From positions 1 through 47,352 of the forward strand of contig JBFIML010000035.1 of NCBI GenBank assembly GCA_041611735.1: DNA of 47,352 bases, written 5' to 3'. Of this stretch, positions 12,438 to 21,949 are shown piece after piece. The notes below the pieces were generated by a model. It was not told the DNA's origin and made no database searches. It saw only the letters and a program-made list of their open reading frames with translations. Source of the DNA: Myxococcota bacterium (GTDB lineage: Bacteria; Myxococcota_A; UBA9160; PR03). The position numbers and the translations under genes are program-made. The stretch's first letter is position 1. Each line of letters starts with the position of its first letter.

Positions 12438-13844
12438 GTGACGCTGCGGCTCTCGTTCCATGGCGGCGCCGGCACCGTGACCGGCTCGCGGCACCTGCTC
12501 GAGGCGCCGCAGGCCACGCTGCTGGTGGACGCGGGACTGTTCCAGGGCCTGAAGGAGCTGCGGCTGCGCAACTGGCGCAAGCCCGCCTTCGATCCCCGCA
12601 GCGTGGACCACCTGTTGCTGACCCACACGCACATCGACCACGCGGGCTACCTGCCTCGTCTGGTGCGCGACGGTTACGCCGGTCCCGTGCACTGCACTCC
12701 CGGCACGCGCGATCTGGCCGAACTCCTGCTTCTCGACGCCGCCAAGATCCAGGAAGAGGACGCCGCCTACGCCAACCGGAAGGGCTACAGCAAGCACCGG
12801 CCCGCGCTTCCCCTCTACACCAGCCAGGACGCGGAGGAGGCCCTCGGCCTCATGCGTCCCGTGGACTACGAGACCTGGCTGTCGCTGGGCGAGGGGATCC
12901 GCACGCGCTTCTGGAACGCGGGGCACATCCTCGGCTCGGCCCTGGTCGAGGTGCGGGTGGCCCGAGGCGATGGCGAGACGGTCTTGCTCTTCAGCGGGGA
13001 CGTGGGGCGCTACGACATGCCGCTCCACCCGGACCCCAAGCCGCTGCCGGCCTGCGACGTCCTGGTGGTGGAGTCCACCTACGGCAACCGGTCCCACGAG
13101 GACACCCCGTTCCTCGAGCAGCTTCGCCCGCCCCTGCTGCACTGCTTCGCCCGCGGAGGCGTCGTGCTGGTGCCCTCCTTCGCCGTGGGGCGCGCCCAGC
13201 TCGTCACCCTGTTGCTGCGCCAGGCCATGGAGGCGGGGGAGCTGCCCGACGTACCCATCCACGTGGACAGCCCCATGGCCGTGGACGCCACCCGCATCTA
13301 CGGCCGCCACCTGAACGACGAGAACCTCGATCCCGAGCTGGTGGGCGAGGGGCGGGCCCGGCTGTTTCCCACCAACGTGCACTTCCATCGCTCCGTGGAG
13401 GACTCCAAGCGCCTCAGCGAGGCGCGGGGCCCCCGCATCATCATCTCGTCCAGCGGGATGCTGACGGGAGGCCGCGTGCTGCATCACGTGCGCCGGCTGC
13501 TTCCGGACCCGCGCAACCTGCTGGTGCTGGTGGGCTACCAGGCCCCGGGGACCCGCGGCCGCGCGCTGCTGGAGGGAGCCACCTCGCTGCGCATGCACGG
13601 CGAGGACGTACCGGTGCAGGCGTCCTTCCTGGTGATCCACGGCCTCTCGGCCCATGCGGATCGGGACGGGCTGCTGCGCTGGGTGCGCTCCGCGCCGCGC
13701 CCGCCCCGGGCGGTCTTCGTGGTGCACGGGGAGCCGGAGGCCTCCCTGGCCCTGGAGCACAAGCTGCGCCGCGAGATCGAGGGACGCGTGATCACGCCCC
13801 GGCTCGAGCAGTCCTTCGACGTGAACGACGTGTTGGAGGCCTAG
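12438..13844 (+). CDS. MBL-fold beta-CASP metallo-hydrolase (RNA-processing nuclease-like)
   Basis: GGAGTVTGS, THTHIDH, AGHILGS, FSGD, ESTYG, SSSGMLTGGR, SAHAD and VHGE. Confidence 0.92.
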   Translation: MTLRLSFHGGAGTVTGSRHLLEAPQATLLVDAGLFQGLKELRLRNWRKPAFDPRSVDHLLLTHTHIDHAGYLPRLVRDGYAGPVHCTPGTRDLAELLLLDAAKIQEEDAAYANRKGYSKHRPALPLYTSQDAEEALGLMRPVDYETWLSLGEGIRTRFWNAGHILGSALVEVRVARGDGETVLLFSGDVGRYDMPLHPDPKPLPACDVLVVESTYGNRSHEDTPFLEQLRPPLLHCFARGGVVLVPSFAVGRAQLVTLLLRQAMEAGELPDVPIHVDSPMAVDATRIYGRHLNDENLDPELVGEGRARLFPTNVHFHRSVEDSKRLSEARGPRIIISSSGMLTGGRVLHHVRRLLPDPRNLLVLVGYQAPGTRGRALLEGATSLRMHGEDVPVQASFLVIHGLSAHADRDGLLRWVRSAPRPPRAVFVVHGEPEASLALEHKLRREIEGRVITPRLEQSFDVNDVLEA

Positions 13845-15988
13845 GACGGCTCGGTCTGCGGCGGGCCGGTGGGGCTGCTGCGCAGCAGCTCCCCGGCCGC
13901 CTGGGCCGTGAGCGGCGGACTGAACAGGAAGCCCTGCATCTCGTCGCAGCCGTGCTCGGCCAGGAAGCGCGACTGGGCCTGGGTCTCGACGCCTTCTGCG
14001 ATCACCCGCAGCCGCAGGTTCCGGGCGATCGAGATGATCGCCGCGGTGATGGCCGCATCGTCCGAGTCCACCACGAGATCCCGCACGAAGGAGCGATCGA
14101 TCTTCACCGCATCCACCGGAAACCGCTTCAGGTAGCTCAGCGACGAGTATCCGGTGCCGAAATCGTCGAGCGCCACCGAGACCCCGATGCGCTTCATCTC
14201 CTCGAGCACCTTCACCACCGCCTCCTGCCCCTGGATCAGGGCGTTCTCGGTGATCTCGATCTCGAGGCACGAGGCGTCCATGCCCGTGTCCCACAGCGTC
14301 CGGACCAGGTGCTTGACCAGTGAATCGTGCTTCAGGTGGAGCGGAGACACGTTCACCGCCACGCGAATCCGCCCGAAGCCCTGCTTGCGCCAGGCCGCCG
14401 CCTGGCGGCACGCCTGCCGCAGCACCCATTCGCCCAGCGGCACGATCAGCCCGGTCTCTTCGGCCAGCGGGATGAACTCGGCGGGCGACAGGATGCCGAG
14501 CTCGGGATCCTGCCAGCGCAGCAGGGCCTCCACTCCGGTCACGCGACCGGTGCGAAAATCGCGCTGCGGCTGGTAGTAGAGCTGGAGGACGTCCGTCTCC
14601 AGCGCCCGGCGCAGCTTGCGCTCGATCGCCATGCGCTTCAATGCCGCGGCGTTCATGGCCTCGGCGAAGAACTGGTAGTTGTTCTTCCCCTTCTCCTTGG
14701 CCTGGTACATGGCCGTATCGGCGTTGCGCAGCAGCGTCTCCACGTCCTGGCCGTCGAGGGGGTAGACGGTGATCCCGATGCTCGCCCCGATGATCAGCTC
14801 GTGCCGCCCCACGAACAGGGGCTCCCGGAGCACGTCGATGATGCGCTCGGCCACCCGCGCCGCGTCCTCCGTGGAAGCGATCTCGCTGAGGAGGACGGTG
14901 AACTCGTCGCCGCCCAGCCGGGATACGGCGCGCTCACGGGGCGCTTCGCGGCGCGCCACGTAGTCGGTCTGCCGCGTGCATTGCACCAGGCGTTCTGCAA
15001 CGCCCCGTAGCAGCTCGTCGCCCACCGAATGACCGAGGGTGTCGTTGATGCGCTTGAAGTTGTCGAGGTCCAGGAACAGCATCCCCACCAGCCGCCCGTG
15101 CCGGTGCGCCTGGGCCAGGGCCTCCTTCAGGCGTTCGACGAAGGAGCGGCGGTTGGTGAGCCCGGTCAGGCTGTCGTGGTACGCGAAGAAGCGCACCTGC
15201 TCCTCGGCACGCTTGCGCTCCGTGATGTCCTGGACCGTGCCGGTGATCCGCACCGGACGCCCGTCGTCCCCGAGGACCGCCTGGGCCTGGGCGTGCACGA
15301 AGCGTTCGGAGCCGTCGGGCAGGGAGAGGCGCGTGTCGAGGCTCACGCTCTTGCCCACGCGCAGACGCTCCTCGGCGAAGCGCCGGAGCTCCTCCCGGTC
15401 GTCGGAATGGATGCGGCTCAGCAGCAGCTGCGGCGTGACCGGGCCGTCCTCGGGCCGCAGGTCGAACAGCGAGCGCAGCTCCTCGGTGCTGCGGATGCGC
15501 CCGTCCGCGAGATCGACCTCCCAGTTGGCGACGCGTGCCAGGCGTTGCAGGTTCGCCAGGCGCGCCCGGCTGCGACGCAGGGCGTCGCGGTTGGAGAGGG
15601 CCTGGAGCATCGAGCGGACCCGGTGCATCAGGATCAGCCAGTGCACGGGCTTGCGGATCACCTCGGTGGCGCCGGCGTCGTAGGCGCGGCGGATGCTCTC
15701 GGCGTCGTCGAAGTCCGCCACCAGCAGGAAGGGGGTCTCGGCCAGCCGCGGGTCGCGCCGCATGCGCTCGCAGAGCGCCACGCCACCCACCCCCGGGAGC
15801 CCGGCGTCCGCCACCACGAGGTCGGGCCGGCGCGTCTCCAGGGCCGCCAGGGCGCTGGCGCCGTCCTGGGCCTCCTGGATCAGCAGGCCCTGCTGCTCGA
15901 GGGCCTCCCGGGCTACGAGACGGGCGGACTCGTCGGACTCGGCCAGGAGGACCAGGGGCCCGCGGACGGCAGCAGAATCGGCGGGCAT
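13841..15988 (-). CDS. REC-PAS-GGDEF-EAL c-di-GMP signalling protein
   Basis: Receiver domain (PDLVVAD), PAS/PAC (GTVQDITERK), intact RLGGDEF, VEALLRW and DDFGTGYSSL; GGGAGG RBS. Confidence 0.93.
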   Translation of the reverse strand: MPADSAAVRGPLVLLAESDESARLVAREALEQQGLLIQEAQDGASALAALETRRPDLVVADAGLPGVGGVALCERMRRDPRLAETPFLLVADFDDAESIRRAYDAGATEVIRKPVHWLILMHRVRSMLQALSNRDALRRSRARLANLQRLARVANWEVDLADGRIRSTEELRSLFDLRPEDGPVTPQLLLSRIHSDDREELRRFAEERLRVGKSVSLDTRLSLPDGSERFVHAQAQAVLGDDGRPVRITGTVQDITERKRAEEQVRFFAYHDSLTGLTNRRSFVERLKEALAQAHRHGRLVGMLFLDLDNFKRINDTLGHSVGDELLRGVAERLVQCTRQTDYVARREAPRERAVSRLGGDEFTVLLSEIASTEDAARVAERIIDVLREPLFVGRHELIIGASIGITVYPLDGQDVETLLRNADTAMYQAKEKGKNNYQFFAEAMNAAALKRMAIERKLRRALETDVLQLYYQPQRDFRTGRVTGVEALLRWQDPELGILSPAEFIPLAEETGLIVPLGEWVLRQACRQAAAWRKQGFGRIRVAVNVSPLHLKHDSLVKHLVRTLWDTGMDASCLEIEITENALIQGQEAVVKVLEEMKRIGVSVALDDFGTGYSSLSYLKRFPVDAVKIDRSFVRDLVVDSDDAAITAAIISIARNLRLRVIAEGVETQAQSRFLAEHGCDEMQGFLFSPPLTAQAAGELLRSSPTGPPQTEPS

Positions 15989-17862
15989 GCGGTCCTCCCC
16001 GGCCCGGGGCGGCAGATGGCCCCCGGGTCGACAAGGAGCAATCGGCTGGTGGGGCGGCCCGCTTGATGAGGTCGCTGCATTTTCTTCCCCGGAGGGAAGG
16101 GCCGGGGGCCCGGGCGTCGCTTCCGGGGGTCCCTCTCCGAATCCGAGTCCGTGTCCTCGTCTTCCGAGCCGGAGGCGAGCAGCCGCTCCACCCAGGCGGC
16201 GATCGGGGCGACCGCCTCGTTCTCGGCGGCGGTGAGCACGTCCAGGTGCGCGTAGCCCTCGAGGATCACGATCTCCTGCTGCAGGGGCGGCGTGGCGATC
16301 GAGCCCAGGTAGCTCGCGAAGGACTCCTCGGTGGGAGTCAGGCCGTTCGAACCGCCGATGCACAGCACCGGCACGTCCACGCTGGCGTTGCGGGTCACGG
16401 CCAGCAGGCGCTCGTCGCCGAGCGCGCTCGAATCGCGCCCGAAGCGCAGGTCGAGGCTCGCGCGCCCGCCCACGAAGTACCACTCGGCGAAGTTGCCGTC
16501 GGTGAAGTTGAGCGCCAGCAGGTCGTCCATGTCGGTGACCTCGCGCTCCACGCCCCACACCGCGGGCGGCGCTCCCGGGGCCGGCTTCGGACCGTTGTCC
16601 AGGATCGAGCAGCCGGGGCTCACCTCCACCAGGTTGGGCGGGCAGCTCGGCTGGGGCTCGTCGAAGTTCTTCCAGTCGCGTGGCGCCGGCGCGGTCAGGG
16701 GAACGTAGGCATCGAGGGCCGGCAGGAAGGCGTTCACGCCGTCGTCGCTGAAGCCGAGGGATGCCCGGAACGCCGGGTTCGGCGAGAAGTCGTCGTCCAG
16801 GAAGAACCCGACGATGGAGCGGTTGGTGGCGTCGGCCTGGATCACGATGCGGAGCGAGGCGCCGAAGGGCGTGCGCTGGATGATGGCGGGGCCCGTCGGG
16901 TCGAAGGTGCCCGCAATCCCGGTGAGTTCCGCGCCGGCCCCGAGCTCGATCACCGAGATCAAGCCGAAGATGGTGCGCAGGTACACATCGGGACCGCCCG
17001 GCCGCTCCAGGGCAGCCAGCTCTTCGCGGTAGGCGTCCGGGCTCGGCGCGCCGGCGCCGGGCCCCGGACCTCCTCCTTCCAGCAGGATCAGGCCGTCGAT
17101 GCGCGCATGGCCGGCGTCGACGCCCGGGCCGGGATCGAAATCATAGGCCGCGAAGAGGCCCGCCCACGCGGTGCCCAGGGAGTGGCCGCCGAACAGCACG
17201 AGGCCATCGGGCCCCACGCGCTCGCGCGCGCGCTCCGCCAGGATCTTCCAGTCGCGCACGTAGGTGTCGACCCCCCAGTGGGCGAGGAAGCGCACGTCGT
17301 CCTGCTCGAAGCGCAGGAAGCCCGACGGGTCTCCGAGGGCGTCGGGCAGCAGGAACGGCGGATCGGGGCTTCCGTCGCCGTCCACGTCCGCGCCCGGGAA
17401 GTGGAACCGGGTTCCCTGGGCGATCGCCTCGGGCGTCCCCAGCGACGCGTGGAGCGCCCCGCGCCGGTCCTCCAGCAGGTTGGGGCGCCGATCAACGGCC
17501 CACACCTCGAGGTCTCCCTCGAGCTGCGCCACCAGCTGGCGGGCGAGCGGACCGAAGGTGGCGGCGCCACCCAGGAAGCCGGGAATCAGGATCAGCACGG
17601 CGCGGGGTTTCGAGGGACCGCCGGTGCGGGTTCGCACGTAGCTGACGACGTTCAGGTCGGGCTCCGGCCCGAGCAGCCGCACGAGCTTGTCCGGCGCCGG
17701 GAACTCGAGGGCATCGCCGGAGCCGGGCGTGTGCGGCTCCACGGAGCCAGGCACGTGCTCCACGTCCGATACGACCGTGATCCCGCCCCCGGGGCAGGTC
17801 GTCGTACCGAGGGCGAGCGGAGCCAGGAGCAGCAGAAGCACGAGGGAGCGGCGGGGGGACAT
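15913..17862 (-). CDS. Secreted/lipoprotein alpha/beta-fold hydrolase
   Basis: Signal peptide ending LALGTTTC, IPGFLGG oxyanion loop, VDRR, GHSLG nucleophile elbow and EGYAHLD catalytic His. The last ~75 codons look like a low-complexity extension. Confidence 0.8.
   Translation of the reverse strand: MSPRRSLVLLLLLAPLALGTTTCPGGGITVVSDVEHVPGSVEPHTPGSGDALEFPAPDKLVRLLGPEPDLNVVSYVRTRTGGPSKPRAVLILIPGFLGGAATFGPLARQLVAQLEGDLEVWAVDRRPNLLEDRRGALHASLGTPEAIAQGTRFHFPGADVDGDGSPDPPFLLPDALGDPSGFLRFEQDDVRFLAHWGVDTYVRDWKILAERARERVGPDGLVLFGGHSLGTAWAGLFAAYDFDPGPGVDAGHARIDGLILLEGGGPGPGAGAPSPDAYREELAALERPGGPDVYLRTIFGLISVIELGAGAELTGIAGTFDPTGPAIIQRTPFGASLRIVIQADATNRSIVGFFLDDDFSPNPAFRASLGFSDDGVNAFLPALDAYVPLTAPAPRDWKNFDEPQPSCPPNLVEVSPGCSILDNGPKPAPGAPPAVWGVEREVTDMDDLLALNFTDGNFAEWYFVGGRASLDLRFGRDSSALGDERLLAVTRNASVDVPVLCIGGSNGLTPTEESFASYLGSIATPPLQQEIVILEGYAHLDVLTAAENEAVAPIAAWVERLLASGSEDEDTDSDSERDPRKRRPGPRPFPPGKKMQRPHQAGRPTSRLLLVDPGAICRPGPGRTACPPILLPSAGPWSSWPSPTSPPVS
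16039..16066 (-). promoter_or_regulatory. Candidate sigma-28 (FliA)-type promoter for the GGDEF-EAL gene
   Basis: Minus strand reads TCAAG-N15-GCCGATTG, about 50 nt upstream of ATG 15988, resembling TAAAG...GCCGATAA. Confidence 0.5.
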
Positions 17863-18018
17863 AAGGGGTCTCCTGGCATCGATCCTGGGCGCCATCGCCT
17901 CGGGGCCCGCTTGGGCCCCGAGGTCCCGGGGACCCAGAAAGATAGTGGCACCGGAGGGGCGCCTGGGCACGGGGACCAGCCGGGCGCTCGCCGACGGCCC
18001 AGGGCACTCTATGCCGTC

Positions 18019-19326
18019 ATGGCCGATCCCGCCTCCCCGGTGCTGGTGGAGCCGGCGCGCCGCACGCCGGTGCGGCACGAGGCCGAGGTGCTGGTGGTGG
18101 GAGGCGGGTCGGCGGGGGTCGCAGCCGCCGTGGCGGCCGCTCGGGAAGGCGCCGACGTGCTCCTGGTGGAGCGTTACGGCTACCTGGGCGGGCTCGCCAC
18201 GGGAGGCCTGATCATCCTGTTGCTCACCCTCGACGACGGACACGGCCGCCAGGCGGTGGGCGGGCTGTGCCAGGACGTGACCGAGCGGGTGGCCCGGCGA
18301 GGCGCGGCCCACCTGCCGGCGCGGGACGAGTGGGGGAGCGCCGACCCGGCCCTGGTCGAGCGGGAGCGCCGCTGGGGCCTCGTGTGGGGCCGCGGACCGC
18401 ACCGCGTGCGCTACTCGGTGGCCTTCGAGCCGGAGGAGATGAAGTTCGCGCTGGCCCAGATGGTGGAGGAGGCCGGCGTCCGCCTGCTGCTGCACGCCTG
18501 GGCGTGCGATCCGGTGCTGGAGGACGGGCGCCTCGCCGGCATGACCTTCCAGGGCAAGTCCGGCCGCTTTGCGGTGCGCGCCCGGGTGGTGATCGATGCC
18601 AGCGGCGACGGCGACGTGCTGGCCGCCGCCGGCTGCGCCAACGAGCGGGAGCGGGTGCTGCCCTGGCTCTGGTTCACCATGGGCGGCGTACGCGACGTCC
18701 CCGCCGCCGTCGATGCGGGCGCGGGGTTCCGCACCCCGGGCGACGGCCGTGTGCTGATGCCCTGGGGCGCCACCGAGAAGGTGGCCCGACGCATCGACGC
18801 CACGTCGCCGGAGGATCTCACCTATGCGGAGGTGGAGTGCCGCAAGCGGGTGATGGCCGAGTTCGACCGACTTCGCCGCGAGGTTCCAGGCTTCGCCGAG
18901 GCCCACGTGTGCCGGGTGGCGGACCAGCTCGGGATCACGGAGAGCCGCCGCCTGGTGGGAAGGCGCGTGCTGCGTCGGGAGGACATGGACCGAAGCTTCG
19001 AGGACGCCATCGCCGTGACCGGCCACTGGACCCGCTACGGAGCCTTCTACGAGATCCCGTACGGGTGCCTCCTGCCGCGGGAGATCCCCAACCTGCTGGT
19101 CGCCGGGCGCTGCATCTCCGTGGATCACCGCGTCCACCACGCCACCAAGGAGATCCCGGCCTGCATGGCGACGGGCGAGGCCGCGGGAACGGCCGCAGCG
19201 TTGGCCGTGGGCGGCGGCCTGGACCCTGCCGAGCTCGACGTGGCCCGCCTGCGCGACCGCCTGCGCACCCGGGGCGCCATCCTGGCACTGCCCGGGGACG
19301 CGATTCCGCCGGGCCCTAGGGAGTGA
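18019..19326 (+). CDS. FAD-dependent oxidoreductase (FAD_oxidored family)
   Basis: VLVVGGGSAG, VERYGYLGGLAT, IDASGDGD, GITESRR, IPYGCL and NLLVAGRCIS. Confidence 0.9.
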   Translation: MADPASPVLVEPARRTPVRHEAEVLVVGGGSAGVAAAVAAAREGADVLLVERYGYLGGLATGGLIILLLTLDDGHGRQAVGGLCQDVTERVARRGAAHLPARDEWGSADPALVERERRWGLVWGRGPHRVRYSVAFEPEEMKFALAQMVEEAGVRLLLHAWACDPVLEDGRLAGMTFQGKSGRFAVRARVVIDASGDGDVLAAAGCANERERVLPWLWFTMGGVRDVPAAVDAGAGFRTPGDGRVLMPWGATEKVARRIDATSPEDLTYAEVECRKRVMAEFDRLRREVPGFAEAHVCRVADQLGITESRRLVGRRVLRREDMDRSFEDAIAVTGHWTRYGAFYEIPYGCLLPREIPNLLVAGRCISVDHRVHHATKEIPACMATGEAAGTAAALAVGGGLDPAELDVARLRDRLRTRGAILALPGDAIPPGPRE

Positions 19327-21832
19327 CCGGCTCGCTGGCGAAGAGATCCACCTGGACGCCGGGCGCGCCGGAGGCGGCCTCCTCGGCGACCCGCACGCGG
19401 TCCGCCTCGAGATCGTGCTCGGCGATCAGCCGCTCGCGAAGCGCGGCGGCGCGCTCCCGGGCCAGCTTCGTCAGCTGCGCCTCCGGAACCGGGAGCGCCG
19501 CCCGGTGGCGCTGCAGCAGCGCCTCGTCCTCGGGGGCCAGCGCACCGAGCTCCCCGCGGCCCCGGGCCGCGAGAGCCTCCTCGACCCGGTGGCGTGCGCC
19601 GCCGTCCGCGCCCTCGAGCTCCGTCAGCGACTGCCCGGCGAGCACCCGTTCCTGGAGCATGCGCTCGGCGAGGGGAGCGCGATCGGCGGGACCGCTGCGG
19701 CCGCGCAGCTCGACGCTCAGGGCCGGGCGGGCGGCCAGCAGGTTGGCGAGCCCCTCGAGGCGGGACCCGCTGCCTGGAGTGAGGGGCACCGCGCCGGGAG
19801 GACTGGCCAGGGGCTCGACGGCGACTCCCTGCTCGCCTCCCGGCCGGAGCACGGCGCCCACCAGCTTGAGTGGCGTGGAGAGAGCCCCGAGTAGCGCCTG
19901 GCGGATGGCGCCGGTCACGACCGGCCGGAGACCGGTCCGGGCGCCCTGCTCGCCCACCGCGACGGGGATCGAGAGGCGGATGTCCCCGCGCGGGTCGCGG
20001 AGCAGGGCCAGGGCGAGATCGAGGGGCACGCCGAGCTGCTGCTGGAAGAAGCCGTCGTCGGACCCGCCCACGCGCAGACCGTGCAGGACGAGCCGGTTGT
20101 CCGCCTCGTAGCGGGGACCCCGCACGCGCAGCGACGACTCCAGCGAGGCCTCGCCCTGCTCGATGCGATAGCCCGCCGCTCGGGTGGCATAGGGATTCAA
20201 GGGCGCGAGCGACAGCCGCTGCACCCGCAGCGAGAACTCTCCCTGGTCGGAGGGAAGGCTTCCCGTGAGCAGGAAGGAGGCGCGCCGCGGTGCGCGGCCG
20301 CTCACGCGGAGCTCGCCGGCCCGGGGCCCCGCGAGACGCAGGGCACGCGCCGTCATGGCGAGGTCGCGCACCCGGACCCGGTAGGGAGGCGAGACGGCGC
20401 GGTCCAGGAAGCGGAGGTCGCCTGCCTCCAGCTCGAGGGCGTCGAGGGACACCTCCACGGGTCGGCCCGGAGTCTGCTCGGCCGGGCCCGGCGGGCTGCC
20501 CCGGAGCGCGTCGAAGGCGGGGGCGGGGCGGGCCAGGCGCAGCTCGGGCTGCGCGATGCGCAACCGCTCGAGGGCGATGCGGAGCGGCGTCGGGGGCGAG
20601 GCCGGAGCGTCGTCGAGGGGCAGGAAGGCCTCGCGCACCACCACCTCCACCTGCTTCCAGTCGAGGGCGAGCTCCTCGTCTTCGGGAGCCCGGAGCGAGA
20701 GGGCCTCCACGGCGAGCCGGCCCCTCAGGCGCACGCCCGCCTCGGGCCCCGGCGCCGTGCGGGCGTCCACGGATACCTCGCCGCCCGCCCGACCGGAGCG
20801 CAGCCAGTCTTCGAGCCCCGGCCGCAGCCCGCGCGCCAGGGGCTGGAGCGCGAGATCCTGCCAGCCCACGTGGCCCGCGAAGCCGAGCGGGGCCAGTTCG
20901 AGCTCGCCCTCCAGGGCGATCGTTCCGGGGTCGAGGTCGAGCTCGAGCCGCACCGGGAAGCGCTCGCCGGCCTCGGTGCGGACGTCGCTCGCCGAGAGGC
21001 CGAGGGTCGCCTCCAGGGGAGCGGGGCCCCCCACCAGGGCGAGACCGGCCTTCTCCACGCTCACGCGACCGATGCGCACGCGCAGCGGTGCTTGGACCGG
21101 GGCTGCGGGCGAGGTCTCCTCCGCAGGGGTCTCGGCGCCGGCGCCGGCCGTCGAGGCGAGGTCGCGGCGCACGCGCAGCCCGGGCTCGCGCAGAGCGACC
21201 GCGTCGATGCCGATCGCCGCGTCACCCAGCTCGATCCCGGAGACTTCGAGCTCCGCCAGCGTCAGGACCAGCGGCTCCGTGCCGGCGACCGCATCCACGA
21301 GCCGGAAGGATCCGTCCCGCAGCACGAGACGGTCCAGGGCGAAGCCGAGGCCCGCCGCGTCCTCCTCCGCCTCCCGGGGCTTCGGCTCGGGGGGCGGCGC
21401 GCGCCGCTCCGGAAGTCGGATGCGGCCCTGCGCGTCCCGTTCCAGACGGACGGCGGGAGAATCCAGCACGAGCTCGCGCAGCCGAAGGCGTCGGCGCACG
21501 AGCTCCCCCCAGTCGAGACGGGCGAGGAGCCGCCTGCCCCGCAGGAGCGCACGCTCGGGATCCGGCGGCGCCTCCGGGGCGGGGCGTTCCCCCACCACCA
21601 CCTCCTCGAGGGAGACGGCGCCGCGCAAGAGCCAGAGATCCACGTTGCCCACCCGAACGCCGAGGTCGAACGTCTGCGCCAGGCCGCGCTCCAGGCCATA
21701 GGCGATCCCGACGGGGAGGAGCCCCCGCACGGTGCCGGCCAGGGCCAGGGCTGCGGCGAGGACGAGGAGGAGGCGGCGGCGACGCCGGCGCGTGGGGCGG
21801 CGCGCCGCGGGCTCGCGCGGGGGGGTGGTCAT
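19316..21832 (-). CDS. DUF748/AsmA-like protein with N-terminal membrane anchor
   Basis: Basic N-terminus plus TM helix, beta-rich repeats, FLDRAVSPP, LAPLNPY, and GVPLDLALALLRDPRGDIRLSIPV...ALSTPLKL typical of DUF748 proteins. Confidence 0.8.
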   Translation of the reverse strand: MTTPPREPAARRPTRRRRRRLLLVLAAALALAGTVRGLLPVGIAYGLERGLAQTFDLGVRVGNVDLWLLRGAVSLEEVVVGERPAPEAPPDPERALLRGRRLLARLDWGELVRRRLRLRELVLDSPAVRLERDAQGRIRLPERRAPPPEPKPREAEEDAAGLGFALDRLVLRDGSFRLVDAVAGTEPLVLTLAELEVSGIELGDAAIGIDAVALREPGLRVRRDLASTAGAGAETPAEETSPAAPVQAPLRVRIGRVSVEKAGLALVGGPAPLEATLGLSASDVRTEAGERFPVRLELDLDPGTIALEGELELAPLGFAGHVGWQDLALQPLARGLRPGLEDWLRSGRAGGEVSVDARTAPGPEAGVRLRGRLAVEALSLRAPEDEELALDWKQVEVVVREAFLPLDDAPASPPTPLRIALERLRIAQPELRLARPAPAFDALRGSPPGPAEQTPGRPVEVSLDALELEAGDLRFLDRAVSPPYRVRVRDLAMTARALRLAGPRAGELRVSGRAPRRASFLLTGSLPSDQGEFSLRVQRLSLAPLNPYATRAAGYRIEQGEASLESSLRVRGPRYEADNRLVLHGLRVGGSDDGFFQQQLGVPLDLALALLRDPRGDIRLSIPVAVGEQGARTGLRPVVTGAIRQALLGALSTPLKLVGAVLRPGGEQGVAVEPLASPPGAVPLTPGSGSRLEGLANLLAARPALSVELRGRSGPADRAPLAERMLQERVLAGQSLTELEGADGGARHRVEEALAARGRGELGALAPEDEALLQRHRAALPVPEAQLTKLARERAAALRERLIAEHDLEADRVRVAEEAASGAPGVQVDLFASEPVTP

Positions 21833-21949
21833 GCTCGGTCAACCAGTACAGCCCTGCGCCGTCCCTGACAACCGCGTCACCGCCTGGCGGCGGACGGGTT
21901 CCACATGCAGCGAGCGCATGCGATGATGATGGGGGGGCAGGAGGGCATC

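Noticed and set aside
12438-13844. beta-CASP nuclease as an anti-phage defence gene
   Set aside because: It matches the widespread stand-alone family and has no defence neighbours.
15535-19140. N-terminal extensions of the FAD oxidoreductase (15535) and hydrolase (19140) ORFs
   Set aside because: Each is antisense read-through of the divergent neighbour.
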